Of a DNA stretch of 64,000 bases, positions 34,680 through 48,184 are shown piece by piece. The notes beneath the pieces are model-generated. The model was not told the DNA's origin. It searched no databases and worked only from the letters and a program-made list of their open reading frames with translations. Where the stretch lies: contig NW_015173748.1 of assembly GCF_001447785.1 (NCBI RefSeq), positions 139,309 through 203,308 of the forward strand, written 5' to 3'. Every line of letters starts with the position of its first letter. The stretch's first letter is position 1. Source of the stretch: Gekko japonicus. Lineage: Eukaryota. The position numbers and the translations under genes were made by a program.

Positions 34680-35280
34680 CAGGGGTCTTTTCGTAGAAAA
34701 AGAGCTGCAGGAGCTCATTAGCATATGGTGTGCTAATGAGCTACTGGGCTATTAGCATATGCCATGCCCCCTGACATCAGCAGAAGTGATGTCAGAAGGG
34801 GAAGCAAAGGGGGGGGCATCTTCAAAAGCCTCCCCTTCCTCAGCTGGAACTTTAAACCCCTTCTCACTAGAGTTGGGCGACAGAAGGAGGAAAGAGAGAG
34901 AGTAGAGAGAAGGAAAGAAGGAAGGAAAGAAAAAGGAGGGAAAGGAGGAAAAAAGAAGGCGGGAAAGAAAGTAAGAAAGAAAGAAAAGGGAAGAAGGAGA
35001 AAAAGGAAGGAAGAGAAGGGAAACAGAAAGGAGGAAAAGAGGAAGGAAGAGAAGGGACAGAGAAAGAAAAGGAAAGGAGGGAATGATGGCAAAGAGATGG
35101 AGGGAAGGAGGCTCTGCCACCCCCCATCAAGCCCCCGCCACCCCCACCCCCGTGGATCCCTTACCTCTTCAGCGGGGGCCGGGAAAGCTGGTGGTGCGGG
35201 CCCAGGGAAGCCGGCGGCGGGGCTCTCCAATATCCCCCGAGCCACAGCACTTTCGGCGCTCTGGCCCCAAAAGACCCCTG
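34680..35280. mobile_element. hAT-type MITE containing a purine-rich low-complexity tract
   Basis: TIRs CAGGGGTCTTTT / AAAAGACCCCTG, perfect 8-bp TSD GATATACA; GA-rich tract ~34880-35110; related left end at ~47776. Confidence 0.88.
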
Positions 35281-38200
35281 GATATACATAAACATACATA
35301 CATACGTGTGTGTGTGTGTGTGTGTGTATAAGAAGTGTTTTGTATTTTCTCAAAATGCTATATTTCATGGCTACCCTTTGCAGGAACACGAAACCTGGTT
35401 ATGAAAGGTGTGAAAAGCTCCTGTGGACTTGTGGCTTCTACTGTTCAGCAGTAGAATGAAAATTGTCTCAGGGTCTATTGTTGGGACACTAAAGGGACAG
35501 GCAGTATGCTGATATTACTGAAGCCACCCCTAGATGATTGTTATACCCATGATGCACATGTCAGGGGTTGTACTGACTTCTTTTCTGGTTTGGTGCATCC
35601 TCAGGGTTCAGTGGGTAACAGTTCTTTAAGGCAGGCTAGACTTCATTAAAATATCAGTATATCGCACTGAAATCTTCCCAATATATGTTGCTTTAGCCAG
35701 TAAAAATAGGATGATCTAATATGCTTATAAAATTCTCAGGCTTTCACAAGTCTCCAGGGAAAGGTTGTCTGTACTGAGTTGTTGTAGGAATCGTGGAGGT
35801 TCAGAGCACGCAGGCTTTTTTATTCCCTTAAGCTTCCTCTGATGGTGCTAGTCACTGGATATGGGAGTGCAGTTCATGGAAATTCTGTTGATGCCAGCTA
35901 CTGAGTCTTCATACTCGGATAGAGAAGGAGGTGGGCCGCCCCAGTATGTAGCTTCCACTGTCTGGTAATGGCAGCACTGTTTAGGAAGAAGGTAGCTAGG
36001 AGGTATTCTCCAGTATTACAAGATTTCACAAGGGTCATTTGCTTACCACTTTGAGAATTTCATATAAGTAAGTTACATTTTAAGTGTGACCCTTCTCTAG
36101 TTTACCAGGCATCACTTGGAAAGTTTGTACTAGTCGGAGGAATTTAACCATTGCTCTGAGGTCAGTGTTCTCCTCCTGTCTGTGGAACTGTGATATCAAG
36201 ATCAGCTCTCTTCTCCAAATAATGTTAAACAGGGCTTGTTACTGAAACAGAGTACGAAATAACACATGAGTCCAGTGGCACTTTAATAATTTACTCCAGC
36301 ACAAGCTTTTGTGAGTCAAATCTTACTTCATCAGATGCATTAGGCTGACACATTTATGTCAGCAGCAGAAAGGTGGGAGGAGGGAAAGACACGTTACAAA
36401 GAGGTCAGTGTTCACTTCTGCTAAACTGACGTGAAGAAAATATTACACAATACTATGCATGAACATTTGATTTTGCGCAAGAAAGAACATAGTTGGTTAT
36501 GCTCTAACTTGACTGAAGTTCTAGCTGCTGGATAATTTGCTGTCACCTCTTATAGCCTTCAGGTGTATTATGCCTGCTTTGCTTATTTCCCAAGAACTTC
36601 ACATTTGTGCTCAGTTCCTCCAGTGTTGTTCACTAAGCTACATGAAATATTTCCTCAGTGTCCTTTCTTCCTGTTGTAAATGTGACACTTCACCTTTTGT
36701 CTTAATACTTCAAACAGTTAAGAATACACAAACCCTGAACACTAGACTGTGCACAGTTATACATTCTTAAGGGCCAGAATGAGTTGTTGCTGCCTACCTT
36801 GATCTGTTTTGTGATCATGATCTCCAATCTCATTGTGGCGTATCATTCAAGGACTGTTTATAGTCTTGTTAGGCAATTAGTTTACTGCTCCAGGTTTTAG
36901 TTCTAAAGTCCTGCATGTCAGATTATTATAGGCGATATTTTGTTAGATGTTTCTTCATAGTTATGTGCTATGGAGTCCTGTGAGCAAAACTTCTGCTTTG
37001 TGAACAAGTGGTATTAAAGTTGTGAGCAGGTGATTTGGCTACTGCGTAAATGAGTTTGCTCTGGAGCCATCCTTCCTGAGTTGAAGACAAAAATGTGTGA
37101 GCCAGAGGCTAAGAAACTGTGAGCTAGCTCACACTGACTCATCTTAGAGGGAACACTGGTTATGAGGAATCAGGAAGGAAACTATAAATAATCTCACCCC
37201 TTTTTCATACATATGTTCAAATGATAACTCTCCTTGTCAGTTTATTTCATTATGAAATAACAGCAGGTTGTTGACATTTAGTTTAAGTGTCACATGTTGT
37301 AGCAGGCAACTCAGTTATTACCTTGAGGAATATTAACAACTTTTATTATTTATATTTATTTATTATTTCGATTTATATCCCACCTTGCCACAGAGCTGGC
37401 TCAAGGCGGCTAACAACATTAAAACAATAAATACATTAAAATACAGAGTAAATGCAAACAACAACCATGAACCGTGCCCATGATGATGTTGATAATAATA
37501 ATGATGGCGATGTACAATATACAGACAATGACATTAACTAATTGGTGTTTCGTACGGGCTGAGATGTGTTCCGGCGGCCCATTCGTGCGGCCGAGATGTA
37601 TTCCGGTGGCCTGTTTATAGCCTAATTGGTCTTGCATTTGGTTGTCTTTGGCACCAATTGTGCAGTATATGAGATTTATGTATTTCTACTCTGTATTTCC
37701 ATCCTGTAAGGATCTCCAAGACACCTTACAAGGATAACGAAAAGCAGTATGTAGCAATATTAAAAAATACTATGATAGAACAAAAAGACACTCACAGTTT
37801 AACAAGACTCTATTCTGGATGAAACAGCCAGCAACCCAATACATAATCACCAGAAACGTAAACTTCAAAAGCCCTCCTGAGTAGAACAGTCGTTAATTGT
37901 CTGCAGAATGCTGACAAACATGGTATATGGGAAGCCTCTCTTGGTACTGCAATGACAAAGGCTGTCTTTTGTAGTTATGTCTCATGCATCAGCAAACGGG
38001 AACACACAGTGAAGGTTATCTGACATTGACACTGGTGTCCAGGTAGGCATATGCACATTGGATCCAGATTATAAAATGGCTTGGGTAGAGAATGGTATAC
38101 AGCGTACTCTGGATGTCACTGACCAAAGCAAATCTAGCGTTCATTTGCTCTCTTCTGCCTAGGAAAGGCTGCAGCTGACATATCAACCAGAGCAGGTAAA

Positions 38201-39578
38201 AGATGTTCCTGGCTACATGGCCATCTAGGAGCTGCAGTGCATCCACTTGTATGCTCAAGTCACAGACCTGGTTCTGAGAAAAGTGCAGTGGTGTCTGATT
38301 AAAGTGATACGTCTTCTCCCAGCACCTCTGTCTTCTCTGGATTAAGCTTGTTTGTTGATTTCAGACACAGTTCAGAACTTCCACTGCCTCTCCAGGATTA
38401 GACAGAAATGAAAGAGAAAGCTGGGAGCCATTTGCCTATGAGTGAAGCCAGGGCTAGTCTGTGGGGTGGGGTGGGGTCAGGCCAGAAGGGCTATTGGCCT
38501 GGGCCTTAAGCTTAAAGGGAACCTCAAATTTAGACAGGTCTGGGGGAGGGGGTTTGGCACTTTATAAGTTCTGCAACTTGTGTTATTTATTTTTAATGCC
38601 TTATTTTATATTCATGTATTGCCATTTTTAATTCTGTATTATGACTAGGGCTCTCAAAAGTGGTCAGTGGCCTGGTTCTCTCTGAATTGGCGAAAGGGCC
38701 CATGAGAAGTCGAAATCTTCAGACAGCCTTTGTTTTGGTTTCATGTAGATAATAAAGAGCATAGGTGGTATGATAGAACCCACAGCATCTCTTAGACCAA
38801 AAGGGTGCTCTCAGTTTTTATATGGCTTTTCTTTGAAGGTTCTCTTGTACCACATTTGGTGGCGCAACAGTTCACCATCACTGTTTTTTCAAACCTGTCT
38901 ACCAGGAAGGAATGGAACCACTCAAATATAACTTGTCCAGATACAGCAGGAGGGTAAAATGATTGATACAGAATACTGGTGAGAGTTCCAGAAGAACCAA
39001 CAGCAATATACTTCTCTATTTCGCAACACAGGTTTGGTTATCTACGAGGGTATTCAAGGCAGTTTCTATTCAAAATGCAGTTTCTATTCAAAATCTGCAA
39101 AATGCAGGTTTAAGTAATTAGTGCCCCCGTAGGAATCTCTCTGGAGGGAAGCCAGCAGGTATAGCCCATTCTCGTCAGATCTCGGAAGCTAAGCAGAGTC
39201 GATACTTGGCTGGAAGTCTCTAGCAAAACCACTTGTGTTTCTCACTTTGTCTTGAAAGCCCCTTGGTAAGGTCACAAGAAGTCACTTGTGACTGGATGAC
39301 ACTTAGATACTCACATAGGAAACTCTCTTTTGTTTGTTCATCACCTTGTCCAGTAGTGTAATACTGGAGGCTGGTTGTAAGATTCAGCGAAAAGATTCAG
39401 TGGAAAGCATTCACCACAGCTTCTTCCAACACGTTTGTGCCCCTTCCCTACAATAATGTAATAAGCATTTGTTATCTCTCCCAGGCAACTAACAAGGCTC
39501 TCTGATAGCTTTAACCAGCCAGGAAGGGTAGGAGTTGAACATACCAGGAAAAGGCCTCACTACTCCATCTATTGTATA

Positions 39579-39845
39579 GAGCCGGTTTGGTGTAGTGGTT
39601 AAGTGCGCGGACTCTAATCTGGGAGAACTGGGTTTGATTCCCCACTCCTCCACTTGCACCTGGCTGGATGACCTTGGGGCAAGCCATAGTTCTGATAGGA
39701 GCTGTTCTTGAAAAAGAGCAGTTTCTGTCAAGAGCTCTCTCAACCCCACCTACCTCACAGGGTGTCTGTTGTGGGGAGGGGAAGGGAAAGGAGTTTGTAA
39801 GCCGCTCTGAGACACCTTTGGGTAGTGAAGGATGGGGTACAAATC
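39579..39845 (+). mobile_element. tRNA-derived SINE, Squam3/MIR-like
   Basis: A box TGGTGTAGTGG, B-box-like GGTTTGATTCC, CCTACCTCACAGGGTGTCTGTTGTGGGG core and L2-like tail GTAAGCCGCTCTGAG; truncated by a gap. Older relatives at ~14815-14945, ~24770-24920 and ~28255-28670. Confidence 0.8.
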
Positions 39846-40185
39846 NNNNNNNNNNNNNNNNNNNNNNNNNNNNNNNNNNNNNNNNNNNNNNNNNNNNNNN
39901 NNNNNNNNNNNNNNNNNNNNNNNNNNNNNNNNNNNNNNNNNNNNNNNNNNNNNNNNNNNNNNNNNNNNNNNNNNNNNNNNNNNNNNNNNNNNNNNNNNNN
40001 NNNNNNNNNNNNNNNNNNNNNNNNNNNNNNNNNNNNNNNNNNNNNNNNNNNNNNNNNNNNNNNNNNNNNNNNNNNNNNNNNNNNNNNNNNNNNNNNNNNN
40101 NNNNNNNNNNNNNNNNNNNNNNNNNNNNNNNNNNNNNNNNNNNNNNNNNNNNNNNNNNNNNNNNNNNNNNNNNNNNNNNNNNNNN
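39846..40185. other. Assembly gap (340 N)
   Basis: Run of N. Confidence 1.
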
Positions 40186-40663
40186 GAAAGCCTGGAAGAC
40201 AGTAGGTTTCCTGTCTGTAGTCAGTGTGGCATGCAATCTGTAATGAATAATTTGCAAGGTGCTCTATAAAAGTCAGCCACAATAAGCCATCAAAAGCTCC
40301 ATCTCATTTTATTTGCCTAGTTTTAACAGGTCTTCAGAATGGTCTGCTGAATGTCTTTGCACAGATGCAGTGGTGGTGTACTCTTTTTGTTGCTGCTATC
40401 TGTACTGTACTGTAAGCCTTAAAATGATTTTTGTTTGTATCCAGCCAGATTAATATCGAGGGTTTTTTCCCATTTGTACTCTTAACTGTTGCTGTTTCAT
40501 TGCCCCAAGCTCCTCTGTAAGCCAGGGAGATGACAAGCCTATTTATTAAAACATTTATATCCTATCTTTCCTGATGGTTCAAAGTGGCTTTTCAGCGGCA
40601 GAGGCTACTTAGGACCAATTCTATCAATTACACAGGTTATTTTCTCATTCCTGAGATAACCAA

Positions 40664-41128
40664 GGCTGTGGTCACACGGGAAGGTAATTCTGCTTTATTC
40701 CCGCTTTAATTTAATCGGGAACATTTTTCTTCGGGTTGGGCTGATTAGATGCAGCCGGCCCCTCTCTTCCACCACCCGCACGCCTGCCAGCTCCTAAGGA
40801 AATTCACCGTGCATTACCCATGTTTTTTTTAAAAAAGCTTCCTGGGCTCAAACCACAAGCTTTAAAAAAAACAAAAAACCCAAAGAGCGGTCAGACGGCC
40901 CTAATTGCAATCATTGCGAAAGATGGCTGTCCAGATGGGCGAAATCGCACACTCCAAGTGCAAGTGCCAGGAAAATACTTGATTTCCCCAGTGGCAGGAA
41001 AACCTCGGAGCATTGCGGGAGTGAGCCCGCTTCAGCACGGGAGGCGGATTTGCCTGTCCGATCAGGAAATTTAAATGCGGGAGGGAACAGCGGCGAACCC
41101 CAATCAAAAGGACCGTGTGACCGCATCC
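40664..41128. mobile_element. PIF/Harbinger-like MITE, CpG-rich
   Basis: TIRs GGCTGTGGTCACACGG / CCGTGTGACCGCATCC with 3-bp TSD CAA. Confidence 0.75.
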
Positions 41129-41359
41129 CAAGGCTTCAAAAGAACTGCCAGCCATTCTAGTAGGATCTCCAGCCTCCCCAAGCTATTAGCTATCTGGTTA
41201 CTGTAGTTTTTGGTGTGGATTATTTTGTTGGTTCCTAGTTCCTGAAGAAGTCTGCTGCTCTTGTTGGTCAATCTAGGTATGTCCATGACAAATCCTCTTC
41301 TAGGTGAAATGAAAGACCAGTTCATGAGAATATCCATCTACATAAGATTTGAAAGTAAG

Positions 41360-41560
41360 AGGGGTTGTGGTTAAGTGGAAAACCTTTGCTTTGCATGCAC
41401 AAAGTCTCAGGTTCAATCCCTGGCATCTCCAGTTAAAAGGACCAGGCAGTAGGAGATGTGAAAGACCTCTGCCTTAGACCTTGGAGAGCTGCTACTGTTC
41501 TGAGTACAGTACTGACTTTGATGGACCAATTGTCTGATTCAGTATAAGGTAGTTTCATCT
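41360..41560 (+). mobile_element. tRNA-derived SINE with CR1-like tail (Squam2-like)
   Basis: tRNA head with GGTTCAATCCCTGGCATCTCCA B box; tail GATGGACCAATTGTCTGATTCAGTATAAGG. Second copy at ~29565-29750. Confidence 0.7.
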
Positions 41561-43547
41561 GAGTTTAAGTAGCGAAAGGAAACTGCTTCATGAAATCCAG
41601 GTGTGGAGATTTGTCAGAAGTTAGCAAGGAGTAGCCTTAGACTTTCAGTGTGTAACTTCTCTGTTGTTCAGTGAAGTCTGCCTGGCTTTCATGGTTGTGC
41701 AGTGGTTCACTTCACTTAAGACACAAATATTATGGGCTGTGGAAGCATTTTCTTTTGGATAAATGGGCAGCCAATTGCATTACAAAGCCCTTGAGGTTTC
41801 TTTCTGGCAGCACTAGTAAACCACAACACATAGCTTTATTTGTATCAGCAAAGTCTGCTTTGGAAATTTCATGGTTTGTGGGTTTTTATGCACATGTATG
41901 AATACCTACTCTGTTGGACAGGCTCCCTGCAGTTATATTTGTAACACAATAAATAACTATAATGGTGAGGGTGGTTTTTCGAACAGCCAAACCGGCAAAG
42001 ATTAATTCAAGCTAGCTTTTGATACTGGTGTCTTCCGAAGATGTGGGAAAGATGGAACCCACAGTTTCCTCTCTAAGAATAGAGTTGTTTCAGTTGGCTT
42101 TAGTGAGTCTCACTTGGCTTTTAGCACTGTAACATTAGGCCTGGCCTGCTCTTTCAGGACGGACAAACCATTCTGAGAAGGTAATAATAGGAGCCTTATT
42201 CTGATAATAATGACCTTGATACACTTGTAATTGTCTTGTTTTCTAATGCTTCTTTGATGTGTTAGAGGTACAGAACATCGGATTTTCTATCAGCAAGTGT
42301 TGCTGATATTAAACATTGGATGGAAACTTGTAGCCCATCCTGTACCAGTGGCTTGCCCAGAAGAGGCTGACCTGCAAAATGGAAAAAACGGGAATGATCC
42401 TGTGCCTTACTTACCATTTAATTCTATTAATTCCTGTTCCTCTAATTGAAGTACAACTTTCTCCCCTCAGTCTGTGTCTTCCTGTTTTCTCCCTTACAGG
42501 CCAGTGTCTTGTCCCTACTTCTGTATTTTCAAAGCCTCAGGTAGCTTTTTTCTTGTGTTGCTGGGGGCCCTTTTCTTCTGCAGTGCTAACCTTGCCTCCA
42601 TACTCTAATGCAGAACTGAAGAGTTGGTGGGCTCTTCATTGCTGCTGGTCTGAGAAGAGGCATATATTGATATTGATTCTTTAAAATTTCTTTTGTTCTC
42701 CTTTTGCTACAGGAAACGGTTTCTGTAAGTTGGTGGCAGCAGTGAAAGTGACTGGAATATCAGTTCGTTCTCTCTCTCTTGCTGCTTTAGAAACCTGTGA
42801 ATGGTAGGCAGCTATTTAACCTATTGCTGACTGGTATTGGCATCAGGACAGAACAGTATGAGTTATCCTAGGACAGATAAGCCTATAAGTGCCTTTTGTA
42901 CTAAATGTCATTTTAGGTTTGAACTTCAAGCGTGACTGCATCATTGTTTTTTCATTAGCGCTTGTATAGTCATGAAGCAGGGACACAACAAAGGCCTGTG
43001 TTCATGAATGGCTAGGCTAATTGTTAGGAAGATGATGAAAAAGTCGGTTAGATCAGATGTGGAGAGTCTTCTAATAAGGTTTTCTAAGTGATCTATGTTG
43101 GAGTGGGGTTTTTCTTTTTTGCTTTGTCATTAGTATGAACCCAGCAATCTGAGTTCATTGTGGCTCTGAATATGCACTTGCATGCTGCTTGTGTGCCTTG
43201 TGATTCATTTGCTTTCAAGAACATACAGTTTTATAAAGCTTTCTTTGTTAGTAGCTTTCAGTTCACTAGCAGAAGTTGGCTGTATGTTTGAGCAGTGGAG
43301 TCTGTTAGCACAAGCTACTGGCTTGAGACTGTTCTTTCATGCCACAGAACCCTGTGCACTGCAAATGATGCTGAAATTTAGGGATACTGTAAGGCATATG
43401 TGCCGAGTGGTGGCCCAGCCTACTACTGCTGGCCCATGTTTTTAAAAAAATATTTACTTTATAGTCTATTATTTATTTATTTATCAAATTTATACCCCAC
43501 CCTCACAGCCAAGGCTGGCTCAGGGTGGCTTACATAAAATCACATAA

Positions 43548-43725
43548 AAGGTAAAGGTAAAGGTTCCCTTGCTCGAAAGCCAGTCGAGTCCGACTCTAGG
43601 GTTGCGGTGCTCATCTCCGTTTCAAAGCTGAAGAGCCAGCGCTGTCTGAAGACATTTCCGTGGTCATGTGGCCGGCATGACTAAACACCAAGGCGCACGG
43701 AATGCTGTTACCTTCCCACCGGAAT
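43548..43725 (-). mobile_element. Sauria SINE, 5'-truncated
   Basis: (ACCTTT)n tail; near-identical to 51052-51225. Confidence 0.88.
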
Positions 43726-44005
43726 GGGGATATAGATACAGTTAAAACAGTTCTAAAACTTTTTATCTGAGATTCAAAGTGGATTGCACAGTGTACATCA
43801 ATGGAATCAATAGGATTAAACATTTAATAAGCAATGTAATAGTATTATAAGTCTGAAATAAAGCATTAGTCATGTTAAACAATATATAATGTGGTATTAC
43901 ATAACTGGGAAATGATGCAGTGAGAACAGGATATCTATAAATGACAGCTGATACATACTGAATGAAGTGCTGTAGTCTAGTCCTCCTCTTTATAAGAAGC
44001 ATCTT

Positions 44006-45585
44006 AACATAAGAGAACATAAGAACATAAGAGATGCCAATGTTGGATCAGGCCAAAGGCCCATCCAGTCCAACACTCTGTATCACACAGTGGCCAGAAA
44101 TACCAGTGCCATCAGGAGGTCCACCAGTGGGGCCAGGACACTAGAAGCCCTCCCACTGTTGACCCCCCCAAGCACCAAGATGACAGAGCATCCCTTGCCC
44201 CAGAGTCCCTATCTATACCTTGTGGCTAATAGCCACTGATGGACCTCTGCTCCATATGCTTATCTAATTCCCTTTTGAAGCCGTCCATGCTTGTAGCCGC
44301 CACCACTTCCTGTGGCAGTGAATTCCAAGTGTTAATCACTCTTTGGGTGAAGAAGTACTTCCTTTTATCCGTTCTAACCCGACTGCTTAGCAATTTCATG
44401 GAGTGCCCACGAGTTCTTGTATTGTGAGAAAGGGAGAAAAGTACCTCTTTCTCTACCTGCTCTTTCCCATGCATAATCTTATAAACCTCAATCATGTCAC
44501 CCCTCAGTCGTCGTTTCTCCAAGCTAAAGAGCCCTAAGCGCTTTAACCTTTCCTCATAGGGAAAGTGTTCTAACCCTTTGATCATTCGAGTTGCCCTTTT
44601 CTGCACTTTTTCCAAAGCTATAATATCCTTTTTAAGGTGTGGTGACCAGAACTGCACACAGTACTCCAAATGACGTTGCACCATTGATTTATATGGGGGC
44701 ATTATGATATTGGCTGACCTGTTTTCAATACCCTTCCTAATAATCCCCAGCATAGCATTGGCCTTCTTTATTGCAGTCACACACTGTCTCGACATTTTCA
44801 GTGAGTTATCTACTACAACTCCAAGATCTCTCTCTTGATCAGTCTCTGCCAGTTCAGACCCCATCAACGTGTATTTATAGTTAGGATTTTTGGCTCCAAT
44901 GTGCATCACCTTGCACTTGGCCACATTGAACCCCATTTGCCATGTTGAGTTCAGACCCTATCAACGTGTATTTATATTTAGGATTTTTGGCTCCAATGTG
45001 CATCACCTTGCACTTGGCCACATTGAACCCCATTTGCCATGTTGACGCCCATTCGCCCATCTTTGACAGATCCCTTTGGAGTGCCTCACAATCCTCACTG
45101 GTTTTCACCACCCTGAACAACTTTGTATCATCCGCAAATTTAGCCACTTCACTGCTTACTCCCATCTCCAAATCATTAATGAACAAGTTAAAAAGCAGTG
45201 GACCAAGTACTGATCCCTGTGGTACCCCACTGTGCTTACCTCCCTCCACTGAGAGAACTGCCCATTTATACTCACTCTCTGTTTTCTATTAATTAGCCAG
45301 TTTTTGATCCATAAAAGGACTTGTCCTTTTATCCCATGATTTTTGAGCTTACTTAGGAGCCTTTGATGAGGAACTTTATCAAAAGCTTTCTGGAAGTCAA
45401 GGTAAACCATATCTATTGGATCCCCCTTGTCCACATGTTTGTTCACCCCCTCAAAGAACACTAACAGGTTAGTGAGACAAGATCTTCCCTTACAGAAACC
45501 GTGCTGAGTCTGCCTCAATAGGTTTTGTTCATCTATGTGCCTACTAATTCTTTCCTTAATAATGGTTTCCACCAATTTACCCGGT
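44006..45585 (-). mobile_element. CR1 LINE, 5'-truncated, with a 97-bp internal tandem duplication
   Basis: QHGFCKGRSCLTNL...YLDFQKAFDKVPH...SGVPQGSVLGP...KFADDTKL...LEYCVQFWSP...RRLRGDMIEVYKI; (CTTATGTT)n tail; possible TSD ATCTT. Confidence 0.97.
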
Positions 45586-45872
45586 ATCTTCCTGAACTAT
45601 TTTGCTATAATATGGCCCTATTACTTTTAGAGAAATGCTCTCTTGAACCATTGTGTTTTACGTAGTTTGTTAAATGACAGAAGCATGACCTCCTCATCCA
45701 AGCCGTTCTGCAAGTTAAGGGTTGTAAAAGAGAATGCCAGTGCATGGGTAGTTGTTAATCTTACTCATTTACAAGGTGGCATACCCAGAAGACCCTTCTC
45801 AGATGAGCGAAGCTCTTGTAGCAGAACATAAAAGGAGAGGCAGTTCTGCGGACACAAGGAGTGCATCTAGAA

Positions 45873-46335
45873 TAGAGGTTCCCAAACTTATTTGGCCTAC
45901 TGCCCCCTTTTCAGGAAAAAAAAAACTACTCAGCACCCCCCTGGAAATCTGCCTTCAAGAAGCAGACAAAGAGATGCAGTGACAAATTTGCACATAGTAA
46001 AGAAAGATGTTGTAAATAAGACACTTTGAAGCTCAAAATCATAAAAGTATTTTATAAAATCAACTATAGTAACATTTGCATACACAGAGAAAATTAAGAT
46101 AACAAAGGCTGTGATTGGCTGTGGGGACTCCTCTCCACCTTCCTCCCTGATCCCAGGGAAGACCAGGAGAAGGCAGGAAAAGGCTGCTTTAAATAGGTCT
46201 TGGACTCTTCTTTCTTTATGCTTCTATCACCCCCTTATTTTTATTCAACGCCCCCCCCCCCAATTGTGCCCATGGCTCCTACCACCCATTCCAGCGCACC
46301 ACAGGGGGCGGTATTGCCCACTTTGGGAATCAGTG
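45873..46335. mobile_element. hAT (Charlie-like) MITE
   Basis: Imperfect TIRs TAGAGGTTCCCAAA / TTTGGGAATCAGTG; perfect 8-bp TSD ATCTAGAA. Confidence 0.8.
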
Positions 46336-48014
46336 ATCTAGAATGTATCTGACATCCTTCTTCCTGTGGCAGCTCATCGTAGAAGATCAGGAATGAAGGG
46401 GCAAGTTGTTGCGAAGCTTATCTGTCACTCTCATTGATTAGCTTCCATAGAATCCCAAGGTTCTGTTGAAATACAATCAAGAACAGGATTTTCAAAACAT
46501 TAATTTGACTTAAACTTGGTTTGACAATCCTGGACAGCTGTCATGTAAGACTTGGCATGAAAATTCTGCGTAGCCTCGCTTTCATGGTGGCCACATTTTG
46601 GCTTTACCTGGATGTTGTCTGGCATGAAGTAAATGTGGGGCTTCTTCTTAAGGAGAGTATAGCAGTCAGGGCTCGTACAGCTTTCCCAGGAAAAGTAGCG
46701 TAAGCCATTTTAGTCTCCAGGGTGGATTTGATTTAAATCACTAGTCAGTAAAGAATAATCGTTAACAGCAACCGTTTAAATTGTTTTAACTAAAACAATA
46801 ACATTATATAGCAAATTTATTCTTGAATTTGCTTAAACATCCATGAGGCTATACTCACAAAGATCTCGACACTTCTGGAGTATTCCAGTCAGAAAGTATC
46901 AATGTCATTTGTACTACCCGCCCCCCCTTCCTCACACTTATCTCTTAACATCTTCTAATCCAGATCTAGTCCACTCCAAACAATGTTCTATTCATTGAAC
47001 TTCTTGAAACTTAGCACCTAAGCGATAAGGGGTTGATTCTCTGTACATAGTTTTGCAGAGGAACAATAGGATTAAGGTATCTTTTACTACTCATTTTTGC
47101 TGTTAAGAAGAGGCGTGTTATCTCTGAAGACACAAATTCACAGTTTCGAGAACTGTTATGGCATGTTCTAGGTAGAAAAGTTACCCAAAAAAGTCTTATA
47201 GAAACCTCTGGGAGAGCACTGGAATTCATTTGCAGTTTTTAAACACTGAATGAATATACAGTCTCATACTGCATAATTAAAAATTAATCCTTATTTCATG
47301 ATGTAAAACCTTTGGACTATAATGTATCTTAAATAGAAAGCTATCTAGATAGATTTCTCCCCCTCAAAAAGCATTTTATCAAACAAAATCTTATTTAAAT
47401 TTTTAAACATCTTTTTAAATTGATTTTTATCCATGGTTACAGCCTCTCAGTTGTCACTATGTCTTGTCTTTTTGAGTTTCCTGGTCCTATATTTGGCTTA
47501 AGGGGAAGATGGTAATGTGACAAAATGTAATAAGGAGATTGAAGGTGCCTGGTTCTTCCAAGTCTGGAACAGACCCATTGTAATTTGAGAGCTTATCATT
47601 GACTTGCAGCTTGGAGTCCAGTCCGGCTTAATAACTCCATTTTTATACATCTGAATAGGTTCATATCTAGTTTATCTGGAAAATATAAACATGGTGCACA
47701 GATTGTGATGATTTTATACAAAATAGATCTGTTTTGTAGGTAGTCTGTTGAAACAAACTGCTCCTGAGCTAGAACTAGGGGTCATTTCGTAGAAAAAGAG
47801 GTGCAGGAGCTCATTAGCATAACTCATTAGCATAACTTATTTGCATATGTCACACCCTTTGATATCACCGGAAGTGTGTCAGAAGGCAACACCCGCTGCT
47901 CAGGCTCCACTGGACTGTTTTGGATTGCTAGCTATTGGGGGGGGGGGAATGTGCAGATCTGTCCTCGCAGAGGAGGGAGAGCCTGTACCTGAATAAAACT
48001 TGGTCTTAAAGGTG

Positions 48015-48184
48015 NNNNNNNNNNNNNNNNNNNNNNNNNNNNNNNNNNNNNNNNNNNNNNNNNNNNNNNNNNNNNNNNNNNNNNNNNNNNNNNNNNNNNN
48101 NNNNNNNNNNNNNNNNNNNNNNNNNNNNNNNNNNNNNNNNNNNNNNNNNNNNNNNNNNNNNNNNNNNNNNNNNNNNNNNNNNNN
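48015..48184. other. Assembly gap (170 N)
   Basis: Run of N. Confidence 1.

Noticed and set aside
34733-35389. 218-aa F/S/P-rich and 175-aa K/E/R-rich ORFs
   Set aside because: Translations of a GA-rich low-complexity tract inside a TSD-bounded MITE.
39160-39210. 5S rRNA gene
   Set aside because: Partial, diverged and joined to a SINE tail; not a functional rRNA gene.
39579-39655. tRNA gene
   Set aside because: It is a SINE head that continues into SINE body.
39511-40282. ORFs spanning X runs (also 48000-48200)
   Set aside because: Artefacts of N gaps.
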